Assembly (NCBI RefSeq): GCF_006345805.1
Contig: NC_043005.1
Coordinates: 38,254,001 to 38,318,000 of the forward strand
Length of the DNA: 64,000 nt
DNA from: Octopus sinensis
Taxonomy: Eukaryota
Direction: 5' to 3'
Under the pieces are notes generated by a model, which had not been told where the DNA came from, ran no database searches, and was given only the letters and a program-made list of their open reading frames with translations. This document shows, piece after piece, positions 51,397 to 64,000 of this stretch. The position numbers were made by a program, and so were the translations under genes. The first letter of the stretch is position 1, and every line of letters starts with the position of its first letter.

Positions 51397-54304
51397 GGTA
51401 AGGTCTCACATGTGTAACATTGTGAATTGTAAACCTTTTCCTAAATGAGTTTAACCATGGGATCGATAAGAGCAACAACCTTCAAGGCTGTTTAAAATCT
51501 AAAGATAAGAGAGGCAAGTCTAATAAATCAATTTATATTTTAGAGGAAAAACTATAGCTGTATGTTTAAGAAGTTCACACTTTGCTAGCGTGTTGTTTAG
51601 GATTCAGTCTCGATGCCCCTTGGATAATTGTCTTCTACTATTATTATCTTGGATCAACCAAGGCTTTGCAAGTGAAATTTGTTTGAGAGATATTGAAGGA
51701 AGACTCTGTGAGTGTGTGTGCATGTGCACATGTCTGCGTTCACATTCCAAGCTATCACCATTTGAGTGAAGTAGTGTTGATACTGACATTCTTTGATGAC
51801 ATGATGGTCAGGCATGCAACACTTTCAAAGACTTGTGAAATGAAAAGAAAACCCTTTACTCAAATTTATTTTTCCAGTAAGAGATTTTATTTTTCCTCAG
51901 AGTGATTACTAATAATTCTTTTTATTTTTGGTTCAAGGCCTGAAATTGTGAGGAAGGGGATTGTTGATTAGATCAATCCCAGAGCTCAATTGGTACTTAT
52001 TTCATCAGGCTTAAAAGGATGAAATGCAAAATGAACTACGATGGTATTTGAACTCAGAATATAAAACCACAAGAAGTGCTACTAAACATTTTGTCCAATG
52101 TGCCAATAATTCTGCCTGCTCACCACCTTAGAGGGATTACTAATGTCAATAAGTTGGCAACAGGAAGAGCATCCAGCTGTAAAATCCTGTTTTTGATAAT
52201 TCTCAGCCACAAACATAAAAGTATTGAAAAACCCATGTTAACCAAACTAATGAATAAAATAAATAAATGCAAAGAAAAAAAGAGAAGAAATCTGAGAAGT
52301 TTCAAAAGACATCATTGAGTTTTTATAAAAGAAAAATATGGAATATAGTCTTGAAATGAGCTGGTGACATAAATGGACTTGCTTCATTATTATTAAACCT
52401 CTTTAGCAAAACATATTCAACTTGGTTGGTAGCCATTAATTAAATACACATCACTACTATAGATAGTCAGATCACTGATGTGGATTACAAAGTCTTTACT
52501 AGATATCTTGATTCAAGGGTTAATTTTAGATTCCTGGAGAGTGTGACCAGGTGGAGTTGGAAAGAGAGTGACAAAGTGAAAGAGGGTGTGTGTGATTGAG
52601 AGAGAGAGGGTGTGAGTGATTGAGAAAGAGAGGTGAGTGGTTGAGAGAGAGAGGGTGTGGTAGTGACAGAGAGGGGGTAAGTAAGCAAGAAGGAGAGGGT
52701 ACGAGTGAGTGAGAGAGGGTGTGAGTGAGAGAGGGTGTGAGTGAGGGGGTATGAGTGAGAAAGACGGTGTGAGTGAGAGAGAAGGTGTGCATGACAGAAA
52801 GAGAGAGAGGATGTGAGTGACAAAGAGAGGGTGAAAGGGACAGAGAGTGGGTGCGAGTGACAGAGAGAAGGTGGGTGTAATAAGAGGCTGGAATTTACAA
52901 TTTTCCTTCACATGTTACATATTAATTTTCCCATTTATCATTGTTAGCTTCAATGGAGTGTACATTAACGAATTTAGAAATTAGCCTGTTATAGTAGTTT
53001 TCCTTTTGTTTTTTGCTTCTTTTTTTTTTTGATACACCTAAGTGATTTTGTTTCTACTGAACCACACAGGCACTGTCAATAGCACCCATATTTACCTAAG
53101 CAGACTACAGCAAGTTGTTATTGGTTTAATGTTGTTATGGTGCTAAACTTCACTTGAAGAATCTATCATAATAATAATAACAAAGAGCATATTAGCATTG
53201 ACTGCCATTTGGGTACTATTCATTATATTAGTTATCGCTAATGAAATGGAATCGGTAATGAGCTGGTTGATTAGCAGAATCATTAGTGCATCAGACAAAT
53301 ACCTTGAAATAATTGTTCCAAGTCTTTGCATTCTGAGATTAAACCCTGGTAAGGTCACCTAAGCTTTTTATTCTTCTGAAGTCAATAAGTACAAGAGAGA
53401 TGAGTACAATAGGTACAAGAGAGAAGAGAAGAATTGACTCCCTTCAAGGAATCAGTTCTTCTCTTCTCTCTCTCTCTCGCTCTCTCTTTCTCTCTCTCAT
53501 TGTCTCAGAATCAGAGTTGAATTATGAAGAAATGGTCATGAGGGACCACTTACAATGGCACCATCAAGAAATGGAGGCAGAATGAGATAAAGACCAGCAA
53601 TGTTGTCTCATTTATTGGTCTACAGAAATTATTCCAGGAAACCAGAAATCATGGCAGGCATGAATGGAACAATGGGCTGTACAATATAGAATCATTAGAA
53701 ATAAAATGAGTAATTAAGTTACTTTAATGAGCAAGTGGATTTGATTCAGAGAAAATATACTATGAAGTCCATCTTGTGTGTGTGTGTGTGTGTATGTGTG
53801 TGTGTGCGTGTGTCTGTGTGTGTGTGTCTGCGTGCTTAAGTGAGCACATGGACTGGTTTGTTTAACACAGATGCTTCTCTGAAAAATCACTGAGCTACAA
53901 GTTATAAAACATTGTTGTCACTACTTCTGTCAACAAATTGTCCACTAGCTCTGTTCTTTTAAAAATGTGGAATAACTGAGCCATGTCATGAAAGTTTAGT
54001 AAGGGTTAGTTAGCAACAGGAAGAGTTGTAAAATAATTGTCATAATACAGTATTTGTCAATCACTTTAACATTGAGTAAGAAATGGACATAAAATGGATG
54101 CTCAAAAATAATGAACTTAATGAAATCAAGTTAAATATCTTCATATTTTTGATTTCAAATCCAGTTATGTAAAGATGTTCAAACAAGAAGGCATTTTGAA
54201 AGTTTTGTGATATCAAGTTCAACACCTGAAATTTCTGTTTAATTCCTGCTAGTAATGATAATTTTGGGTTACATATTCAAGTACTGATGCATTAAATATT
54301 AGTA

Positions 54305-54646
54305 TCACTGGCACCTGTGCCTGTGACGCATAAAAAGCACCATTTGAGTGTGGCTGATGCTGGTGCCATCTGACTGGTGTCTGTGCCAGTGGCAAGTAAA
54401 AAGCACCATTTGAGCATAGCCAATGCCAGTGCTGCCTGACAGGCACCCATGCCGGTGTCACATAGAAAGTACCCACCACACTCTCAGAGTGGTTGGCGTC
54501 AGGAAGAGCATCCAGCTGTAGAAACCTTGCCAAATCAGATTGGAACCTGGTGCAGCCTCCCGGCTTACTACTTCTCAGTGAAACTGTCCAATCCATGCAA
54601 GCATGGAAAGCATACATTAAATTATGATGATGATGATGATGATGAT
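54305..54646 (+). mobile_element. Retroposon 3' part (family C) with (GAT)n tail
   Basis: gtggttggcgtcaggaagagcatccagctgtagaaacc...ctgtccaatccatgcaagcatggaaa...(gat)n. Related copies lie at about 7980-8093 (+), 20330-20556 (+), 3730-3900 (-), 8095-8270 (-) and 30370-30560 (-). Confidence 0.7.
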
Positions 54647-54699
54647 ATATGTATATTTTGTTTCGAATTTGTGTGAATGAGTATAGAATAATATATAAG

Positions 54700-55720
54700 T
54701 TGAATAAAGTTAAATCATAGTCTGGTTTTCAAGTTTTTTATTATGGCATTTTAACAAAATTAGCGCTTTTATACATAGTGTACTCATCAGATTTCGAATG
54801 TGTTTAACTGACAGTTAAGTTCTTGACTTTAGTGTCTCTTAGAACGCCCCAACCAGCTGATTTTTTAGAATACCTTTTTGATCAAGCCGCATGCTCTTAA
54901 ACATCACAAGTTTGCCAGATGTACCAATATTCTGTAACTTGTCTATATTTATCAATCCATATCGTTAACTTGTTATATTACTACTGGTATTTCCGTTCAG
55001 AACAGGTTTGATCATTTTAATAAACCGTTTTTCTTTTATCTTTCATCCAATGTCACTTGTGACATGTAGTTTGTTGGAAAGGAAAAATTAGAAGCATTTT
55101 CTGACCACATGTCTCTATATGTTTGCTCGATGGAATTTGGTGAACATTGGTGTTCTGGATTTGTTGTCTGTGGACTCATGAGCATTCTGATAATGCATTC
55201 CCTGTCTCGCCTATATATAATTCCTTGCAATTTGGGCATTTAATGCAGTAGATCAAATTTCTGCTTTTGCAGTTTATATCTGCATTTGCAAAAATCTATC
55301 CATTTTTTGTTCTAATGGATCTACTCATATGCATGTGTTGACACATTCCACATCTATTATCATTACACTTAGAATCTGTGAATATGTTATCCTGTTTATT
55401 CATGTTGAATTTTGCCTTTGTTAATAGTTTCTTTAAGTTAAGCCTTTTGCTTAAGATAAATGTTCAATTAGTCATTATGTTTTTTAATTTTTCCCTTAGT
55501 TTTATGATTGGCAAATTTGTCTTGATGATGTTAAAAATATTTTGGTGATGCAGATTGTGTGTTACTAGAAATAGTATTGTGTTCCTTTGATGGGTTCATT
55601 TTTTACGTGTTGCTCTAAATTGTTCTATAGGTATCTCTTTTGCTTGTTGTATGCTATGCTCTATAAGTAGGAGAGAGTAATTTTGCTTGAGCAGAAATCC
55701 TTTGAGTTCTATAAGTGAAA
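54700..55720 (-). mobile_element. Penelope-like element 3' fragment (GIY-YIG endonuclease and downstream hammerhead-like motif)
   Basis: Minus-strand NLIYCIKCPNCKELYIGETGNALSEC near 55190-55260, preceded by a KCNDNRCG Cys motif. A ctgatgagtac...gtataaaagcgcta motif lies downstream at 54760-54790. Confidence 0.8.
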
Positions 55721-57201
55721 AACTTCATATGCTGTATAAAATTGCATAAATGAAAAATGATTAACGGCAAGTTTGCTCAAAACCCACAAGCTGTATATCA
55801 CACTACGAAAAGTGATATCATCAAGGTAGTGAGTGCTCCCCCTCAGAAAGACCTAAATTCATTCTGACATCCTTAATGATGAAAACTATATGTATCTCAG
55901 AATCAATGAGAATGTTGCATATGTTGTTCTTATGACCAAAGCCATAATAACAAAAGACTACTTCCATAGAATCTGGAAAATATGGACCTCAGTGTTATTT
56001 GCATTTAACAAGACCATATCTCGCAATGCTTTTGCAGTGCCAATGTTGTTACTCACATTTGTAACTTCCCATGAATGATGACAGCAACAGGATCTATGTG
56101 AGGTGAAGAGATGGTGGTAGAGGTAGAAGGGGTCTGTCCAAACTGCCTTTCAATGCTGCATTGTATCACTCAGACAAAACCTGCTGAACAGTAAAGAAAG
56201 AAGTAAGTACATTACATGCATACTCAAGAGTGAGAGCAACATCCTCAGAGTCAGATAAGAATTGCTATGCAGGTACTCTAAGATTACAACTGTCTCAGCC
56301 AACCCATTGGAGGCTGGGCTGATTTAAACAGAAATTTGAAAGAGAAGCAGGCATCATACCAGCAAAAAGCAATGCATGGGTACACATCCTGTAAGCTAGA
56401 GGGCAACAAAAACATTGACAGAAATAGTTGACACTCCTAGACCTGTGATAGATACATTACATCACACCTAGAAGGATATGCCTCCACTATCCATGAACAG
56501 GAGATAGTTACTAAATACTAAGAGAAACAGAAATACCACTAAATCTCCACATTGTGATAAAAAAATGCAGGATCTACTACATCACCCTCATCATCAGCAA
56601 CTCTCAAAAAGGAATTCGCTTTCAAGTAACCTTTAACTGCATCTGGGTCTGATAGTAAGTGTACTGGTGATCATGTGGTCATCAAGAAAGTGAAAAAAAT
56701 TAATAAATAAGAAATTTGCATCAGATATCCTGGTTACTTAGTAATTGTTCCTTAATAAGGTATAAGGCCTGTAATTTGAGAGAAGGTGGGAGTCAATCAC
56801 ATCGGCCCTCAATGCTTGACAGGTACTTTATTATATTGATCCCAGAAAGCTAACTTGTGCAGGATTTGAACTCAGAATGTTAAGTGTCAGAACAAATGCG
56901 GTGAAAGTATTTTTCTAAGCTCTAAAGATTCTCCCAGTTCACAACCTTTATGTACATTCTAATAACTTGAAGCTGGTCGATACAAGAGTATTGTAATTTG
57001 CTCAATGCACTACCATATGCATAAAGGAGATAAATGTTTGAAAAATCTCTGTGATGTGGATAACAAATTAAAATATTTAAGGTGATGTCAAATAATTTGC
57101 ATATTCTAATAGCTAGAGCACACATCATTAGCAACAAAATGAAACACTTACCACATCAGCATTTTAACACTTTGTCTACCATGAGAATCACTGGTGACTC
57201 C

Positions 57202-60174
57202 CAATCGTGATATTATTTCATGAAGCCTTACATTACAGCGTATCAAAATATATTATTCAAATTTTAGGAAATGTACAGAACACAGATATCAGATGGGTGT
57301 AAGTCACAATCATTTCCAACATTGGAGTACTACCCTTATGAAAATAATTTTTGTCAAAAAGAAACCACTAAAGCTTATATTTTCGGGGGGGGGGGGGATC
57401 TGGGGAAGCAAAAATCCATAAATGGGGGTATACTGGATATTTTAGCACTACATGTATTACACTATGAATTGGAAAATAACCAGAAGGCAATCATCGTAAG
57501 TGCATATGTCTCAACCAAGAGCCACCTAGATGAATACAGAGAAGCCTTCTATGGTGACCCCAGGAGAGTAATTAGAAGCATACCATATAAAGCGAAGTTA
57601 ATCCTTCTGCAGGACTTTAATGCTTGTGTTGGTAAGGATCATTCTACATGAAAGGGTATAGCATGGGAACATGTCATTGGATGGAAGAATTCTAATGGTC
57701 ATCTCTTCCTGATGAAATGTAGAGAGTTCAAGCAAGCAATTACTAACACAGTCTACAAGTACAAAACCTCAATGCACACTGGCATTTGATACACTATGTG
57801 ATTATTCAGTAGAGGGGCTAAAATGATGTTTGTTATACCAGATCACTCAGAGGCACAGACTGCTGGTCAAATCACAGGTTAGTCAGGAGCATCATGTCCT
57901 TAAAGTTTACAGCCAAACTGTCTAGCCACAGAACCAAACCTGTAAAGAAGTTCAAAATACCCTCACTCAAGGTAAAGGAAAAGCTCACTGAATTAGTAGA
58001 GTCCATAGATTAAGTTCTGGAAAGCATATCAGATGACTCTCAGTATTGAACAAAACTGGAAGAGCTTAAAGCAGCATATATATGAGAAAACCGCTGAGCC
58101 TTTTGGCTTTGTTAAGTACAAACATCATGACTAGTTTAATGAGAACAATCAAGACATTGAAAAACTCATTGACATAATGTATTCTGCTCATAACAAGTAC
58201 TTCGCGGCCAAACCATTGAGAGGAACTAAAGCCAGGTACCATCAGGCAAAACACATCCTACAGATCAGGTTAAAAACCATGAAGAACCTGTGGTAAGAGA
58301 ACAAAGCATTTGACCTACAGGCAGCTGACAAACATGACATAAAGACATTTTATGAGGGTCTCAAGGTAGACTATGGCCTCAAGACTAGTAGTGCTCTACG
58401 TGTTCTAATATTAGATGACACACAGCTTCTTATGGACAAGAATTACATCCTCTCTCATCGGGCAGAATGCTTTAACAGAGTTCTAAACCAAGTATCAACA
58501 GCAAACAACAGCATCATAGATGCCTTCCCACAATGTATCTTGGATCAGCTTGACTGGGAACCATCCCTGTCAGAAGTGATAAAAGACAAAGCAACTGTGC
58601 TCTGGGAAGTCATCAGGTTCAGAAGGCAAACCAGGCAAGGCAGCACTCACCTGGCTAAAAAATTCACCAAGCTTTACCAGTATATATAGAACCAACACAA
58701 GACTACAAAGGTGTTTCTATAATACTGTTGCAACAACCATCATGATATATAACTCCTTTCTATTGCCAGTTAAACATTTGCTCATCAGGATCATTCTTCA
58801 CCTAGTAGACACTGAGAACTCTAAATCACACTGTAGTTTCTATGGTGGTCAAAGATCAATTAATATGATATTCACTTCATGTCAGGTTCAGAAGAAGGCC
58901 AGAGAGCAGTACCAGGACCTCTACTGGGATTTTGTTGATATAACAAAACTTTAGATAAAGTTAACTGTGATGCCCCCTGGAAAGTCCTTTACAAATCTGG
59001 ATATCCCCAAAAAGATGGTTGGAGTAATAAGATCATTCCACAATGGTATGATAGCCTTCATGATTCAGCTTCCAATACATTCTACATAAAAAGAAAGGGA
59101 CCAAGCTGTACTGAGTGATGGTAACTATCTCATTGGCAAGTTACTTCTTAGTTATGATGCAAGAGGTATTCAGAGATATTGTGAAAGGTGAACACATCTA
59201 GTTTAGGATACATGGTAATATTTTCAATCAACAAGGCCTAAAGACCTAGAACCAAAGTGAGAGAACATCTGAGAGAGTTTCTATTTGCAGACGATTGTGC
59301 ACCCTCTACAAGACATCCAAACATTAGTTGACTGTTTTACTAGTGTTGCCTGATCTTTTGGCCTAACTATCAGCTTGAGGAAGACCAGCCAGTACCTGGA
59401 CACCCAAAATAGGATTTTATTGTCATAGTAGACAATGCCCCCTGTAAATGCTGTGACAAATTTCTGCTACCAAAGAATCATCCTATCAAACAATGTTCAA
59501 TTGGATGAAGAGAACCCCTTAGCAATTGTCTAAAACAAGCTCATCTTGCAATAAACTCTAACACTGAATGTGGAGAGATCATGGACACTTTACAGGCATT
59601 ATATTAAACAATTAGACTCATTCCATCTTGGTTGCCTTCATCCAATTTGCAACAGAGTGATGGGACAAAGTCCCTAACACAGAGGTTCTTACAAGAGATG
59701 ACATTCTAGACATAGAGAGATACCTTATCAAAGCACAACTGAAGTGGTCAGTTATGTAGTACACATGGATGACACTTGCCCTCTTTTATGGCTGGTTTAG
59801 CTCTAGTACGAGGCAACAAGGTCACCCACTGCTCCATTATAAGGAGTCTTTAAAAACTTGCTTGAAAATCTGTTGGATAAACCTGAAGATATGGGAAGTG
59901 ATAGCGCTGAATAAAACTCAGTAGAGAAGCTCTTGCTGCCAAGCCAACTCCTACTTTGGGGCAGTCATAATCAACACCCTGAATGAGAAAAGAGCCCAAC
60001 ATAGGTCAATTCTACAACAAAATGAGGATCACCACTGCAACAGGATCTGCAAATCCTGGATATACCTGTATTCCTATATGAGACCACACAACAAAATATC
60101 AAGCTGAGAACACTGTGCCGCTGTATCTAGCTGAAGTGTCATTTGTCAAATAGACAAGAGGGTTCAATGAAAAT
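57202..60174 (+). mobile_element. Decayed RTE-clade non-LTR retrotransposon (APE endonuclease + RT + C-terminal Zn-finger remnant)
   Basis: APE motifs IIVSAYVST, EAFY, LILLQDFNACVG, NSNG and TDCWSNHRLV. RT motifs MIFT..QVQKKAREQYQDLYWDFVD and FLFADDCA. C-terminal QLKWS...HMDD and CNRICKS...L..YMRPH. Many stops and frameshifts. A 15-bp direct repeat atcactggtgactcc flanks it at 57187-57201 and 60175-60189. Confidence 0.85.
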
Positions 60175-60764
60175 ATCACTGGTGACTCCTGTTGTACAGA
60201 ATGAATATAATATTTATTCAGTACTGCAGGAGTCACCAGTGACTCATACTATAAATCATTGTGATAGTTTATATAGTGAACTAGAATATATACACAGTAA
60301 AATATTTTTTTAATGTAGAACTTATAACAACATTAGACTGCTGGTGTAAAAGAAAATATGATGCAAATTGGGCTTGAAAGGTGGAGTGTTGAATCTGCCT
60401 GTCTAGAAAAGAGAGGAAGCTACAGAGTAGTTGATGATGATTCCAGCAAAAGTTGAAACACGTGTACAGCTGTTTATACATATTGTATAAATGAAGTTTA
60501 CAATCTTAACACACAATGTTAACAAGAAAACTTGTTCTACAATACTGTATTACTAATTATTTGTCAATATTTCTGGTACTTACAGAAAGGAGATATAGCA
60601 CCGACAGAATGATCCATTTTTAAGTGATGAAATTTTTTGCAATATTTATAAGTAGGAATTCTTTCTAGAGACTTAATTTAGAACTATTAATAAAATATAA
60701 TACAAAGACTGTCTAGATTTAACAATCGGTAACTGTACACACACATATTTACACATGTAAAATA

Positions 60765-61130
60765 AGCCTCCACACAATCTTGGTCAACCAATTTCATTCA
60801 CAAAGCATTTGTTGACCCAGGGCCATAACAGAAGACACTTGCCCAAGATTCTTCTCATTATGCTAGAACCCAAAACCACATAGTTGAAGATGAACTTCAT
60901 AGCCTCAGAGATAAGGCCTCCCCTTGCCAACACACACACACATACACACACATACAGAGTGACTGACTACAGATATAGGTGAGTGGTTAAGAAGTTTCTG
61001 CCACAACCATGGAGTGTCAGATTCGATTACCCTGGGTGACATCTTGTGCAAGTGCTTTTGCCAAAAGCTCAGGTTGACCAGAGTCTTAGGAGAGAACTTA
61101 GGCAGATGGAAACTGCATTGAAGCCCCAAA
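60765..61130. mobile_element. Two decayed family A SINE heads in head-to-head orientation
   Basis: Minus copy at about 60765-60905 (gaagacacttgcccaag) and plus copy at about 60975-61130 (gtggttaagaagtttctgccacaaccatgg...caagtgcttt...gatggaaactg). Confidence 0.6.
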
Positions 61131-62372
61131 ATATGTTTAGGGTACTTGTGATTGTGAAATGTTCTGCCTCTCACATGCTAATTCCATGGACAAGTAGTGG
61201 GGTTGATCTAATGCCTGGATAATATGTCTAACACCTGGATGAGAGCTCACGATCATGTATGTATATGTGTATATATGTGCATGTGTGTTGAGAAACTACA
61301 TGTAAAGAGCAAAAGTAGAACTCAATATCGTTGAAATAGAGGATTATATTTAATATATGATACAAGCATGGAACATACATATCAGTACTCAAGAAACTCC
61401 AGGTAGTAATGTTAGTGTTTCATGCTTGTATGTGTGTGTGTATGCATGCACACACATTTTCATTGAATGATACACTTATGGAGACTCACATACAGAACTT
61501 CATGTTTCTAAGTCAACAATATGAGGATGTACTCCAGTTGCTGTAAGTCTGGTATGCTTATATATATACATATATACACACACATACACATCTATGTGTG
61601 TGTTTGTGTAACTCTTTCAGAGCACTTAAATCGACATTTTGTATCATTCTTTCAAGCTAAAGTTGTCCTAATTGTATATTAATGTGTTGTTTGGTATATC
61701 TCATCAAGTTTTAAGAAACTGAGATGCTCGTAAGGTCATGCTTGTGCTATTCAGGAAATATGCAGTTGCTTGTCAATGCGCACAGGGCAGCACATGTATT
61801 GTTATGAATTAGATATTTTATTAGTAGAATATCAAAATTATCAATCCAGATAACTGGAAGGGAAGTATGAAATCAATATGAACCATTGTAATTATTTAAC
61901 CAGTAGTAGTAGTAGTAGTATAAAATGGGAATGTTAGGATGTGAAAAATTTATGGCCCTTAAAAGTGGAGAGAATACATCATGAGTTATAGATATGTGTA
62001 TGTGTGTTTGTGTGTGTGTGTGAGGTGTAGATTATGGTTAATAGCTTATAGCCATTTGGGAATTTTTGCTGTAGATTTAATAACATATCAGTTATTGACA
62101 AAGAATATTGCCATATTGGTTGCTTTCATATGTTAGGATATTATGGAATCTTATTAAAATAAAATAAATTTTAGATTTCAATACTTGTCTATATTTTATA
62201 ATTGCAAAAATGAAAAAGACAAGGAAAGGAAATGGTGAGGTTTATTTGACAATTGAATCATGTATGTATGTATGTATGTAAGTATAAATATTATATTAAA
62301 TTTGTATATGGTCATATATTATATATTTGCATATACACATATATATGTGAAATGTTTATATAATGTTTATAT

Positions 62373-62406
<34 letters not shown>

Positions 62407-62484
62407 CACATACATACATACACACATACATGCTCACTTATACACATGATGAACACAACATATATTTATGCATTATATACATGT

Positions 62485-62520
<36 letters not shown>

Positions 62521-63109
62521 AATACAAACATTGTATTCATATAAATATACACATACATCACATATAAAGACATATAAATACACACACAAACACGCACACA
62601 TATATATATATAATTCTTAAGACACACACAATACATATCTTATATATTTCTGTGTGTGATCCACCCTACATAATCCTTGCTACACCATAACAAATTAATC
62701 ATAAAAACCCCAGCTACTTTGGCAAACTGTGTGAACCTTGTAACAATAAATATAAAATGACAAAATATTAATTTCCTACACACACAAGATATATGAGTTG
62801 AATTTAAACATTATGTTGTGTAATTAACCCCATTGACTACAATGGGAAAGAAAACGGGTGCCTTGACTTTGATGCCTCAATATTCTAAAGAGCATTAATA
62901 ATGCAAGTGTATTCAAATGGTGGCAATTTATATTTAAACCAAATTTTGTACTGGAGTAGATACAATCTTCCTCAAACAAATGTAAAATATGTAGGCAGAA
63001 AATGATACATACACCATCAATTACATGTTTGCATCTTTACAGCTAAACTTTGTATGGTAATTTCAAGCCATTTCCATTGTTTTCAAGATGTGAGGTGAGA
63101 GTATGAACT

Positions 63110-64000
63110 GGGTGGATAAGCAAATAGGTAAATATGTAAGTAGGTGGATGCTTAGGTAAGTAGATGAGAGGTAAGTAGATGAGAAGGTAAGTAGGTGGTT
63201 GGATAGAAAGGTAGGTAATTATGTGGGTGGATAGACAGATAGGTATGTAGATGGGTGGATAGACAGATAGGTATGTAGATAAGTGGATAGACAGATAGGT
63301 ATGTAGGTGGGTAAATAAAATGGATGGGTGGATGATTGAGCGGATAGGTAGAATAGACAGACAGGTAGGTAGATGGGTAGATAGATGGACAGGCAGATAT
63401 ATGGGTGAATAGACGGACAGGCGGGTAGATGGGTGGATAGATGGACAGGTAGGTAGGTAGGTGGATAGATGGACAGGTAGGCTGGTAGATAGACAGACAG
63501 ACAGGTGAGTGGATAGATGGACAGGTAGGTAGGTAGATGGATAGCCGGACAGGTTGGTAGGTAGGTAGGTAAGTAGGTGGATAGACAGACAGGTAGATAG
63601 ATGGGTGGATTGATGGATAGGCGGGTAGCGGGGTGGATAGATGGACAGGTAGGTAGATGGGTGGATAGATGGACAGGTCGGTAGGTGGGTGGATAGATGC
63701 ACAGGTAGAAAGGTGGGTGGGTCAATAGATGGATAGGTTGATAGATGGGTGGATTGATGGACAGGTAGCTAAGTGAATAGACATATAGGTAAGTAGGTGG
63801 ATGAGTATATGGGTAGCTAAGTAGGAAGATGGATAAACAGGCAGGTAAGTAGGTAGGTGGATAGATAGACAGATAGGTGGATAGATAGGTAAGTAGGTGG
63901 GTTGATAGATGGACATGTAGGTAGGTAGGTGAATATACAGACAGACATGTAGGTGGGTGGATAGACAGACAGACAGGTAGGTGGGTAGATAGGTGGATAG
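63110..64000. repeat. Degenerate tetranucleotide satellite (GGTA/GATA/GGAT/GACA/GGGT) running off the window end
   Basis: Read directly from the sequence; it produces the spurious P/I/H/L/S/T/Y-rich minus-strand ORFs. Confidence 0.95.

Noticed and set aside
55830-56480. Possible further LINE remnant
   Set aside because: Only faint RT-like and C-terminal-like fragments; too degraded to assign.
63043-63916. Long minus-strand ORFs rich in P/S/T/Y/L/H
   Set aside because: Translations of a degenerate tetranucleotide satellite.

Overview
AT-rich, microsatellite-dense eukaryotic DNA with no prokaryotic features. The repeat families suggest a coleoid cephalopod such as Octopus, which is an inference from recalled SINE/MITE motifs. 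The only host gene I can support is the 3' end of a + strand CCP/sushi-domain gene, seen as two phase-1 exons (18787-18960 and 23703-23977) resembling the LEV-9/Hasp/Hig family of acetylcholine-receptor-clustering proteins. The rest is mostly transposon-derived: a CpG-rich, internally deleted Academ (XPG-type) DNA transposon with ~430-bp inverted repeats (43.1-48.3 kb), a decayed RTE-clade LINE with a 15-bp target-site duplication (57.2-60.2 kb), four mariner relics and one DD37D relic, two non-autonomous Helitrons, piggyBac- and hAT-type MITEs, Penelope (GIY-YIG) and RLE-LINE fragments, and many tRNA-derived SINEs. The most unusual signals are a tRNA-headed element carrying a minimal hammerhead-ribozyme motif in a Penelope-like fold-back (8.5-8.9 kb), three more hammerhead-like motifs elsewhere, a 67-nt near-perfect hairpin at the LINE insertion site, and the compositional contrast of the Academ element. 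Nearly all other ORFs in the track are microsatellite artefacts. All alignments were done by eye and many repeat boundaries are approximate.
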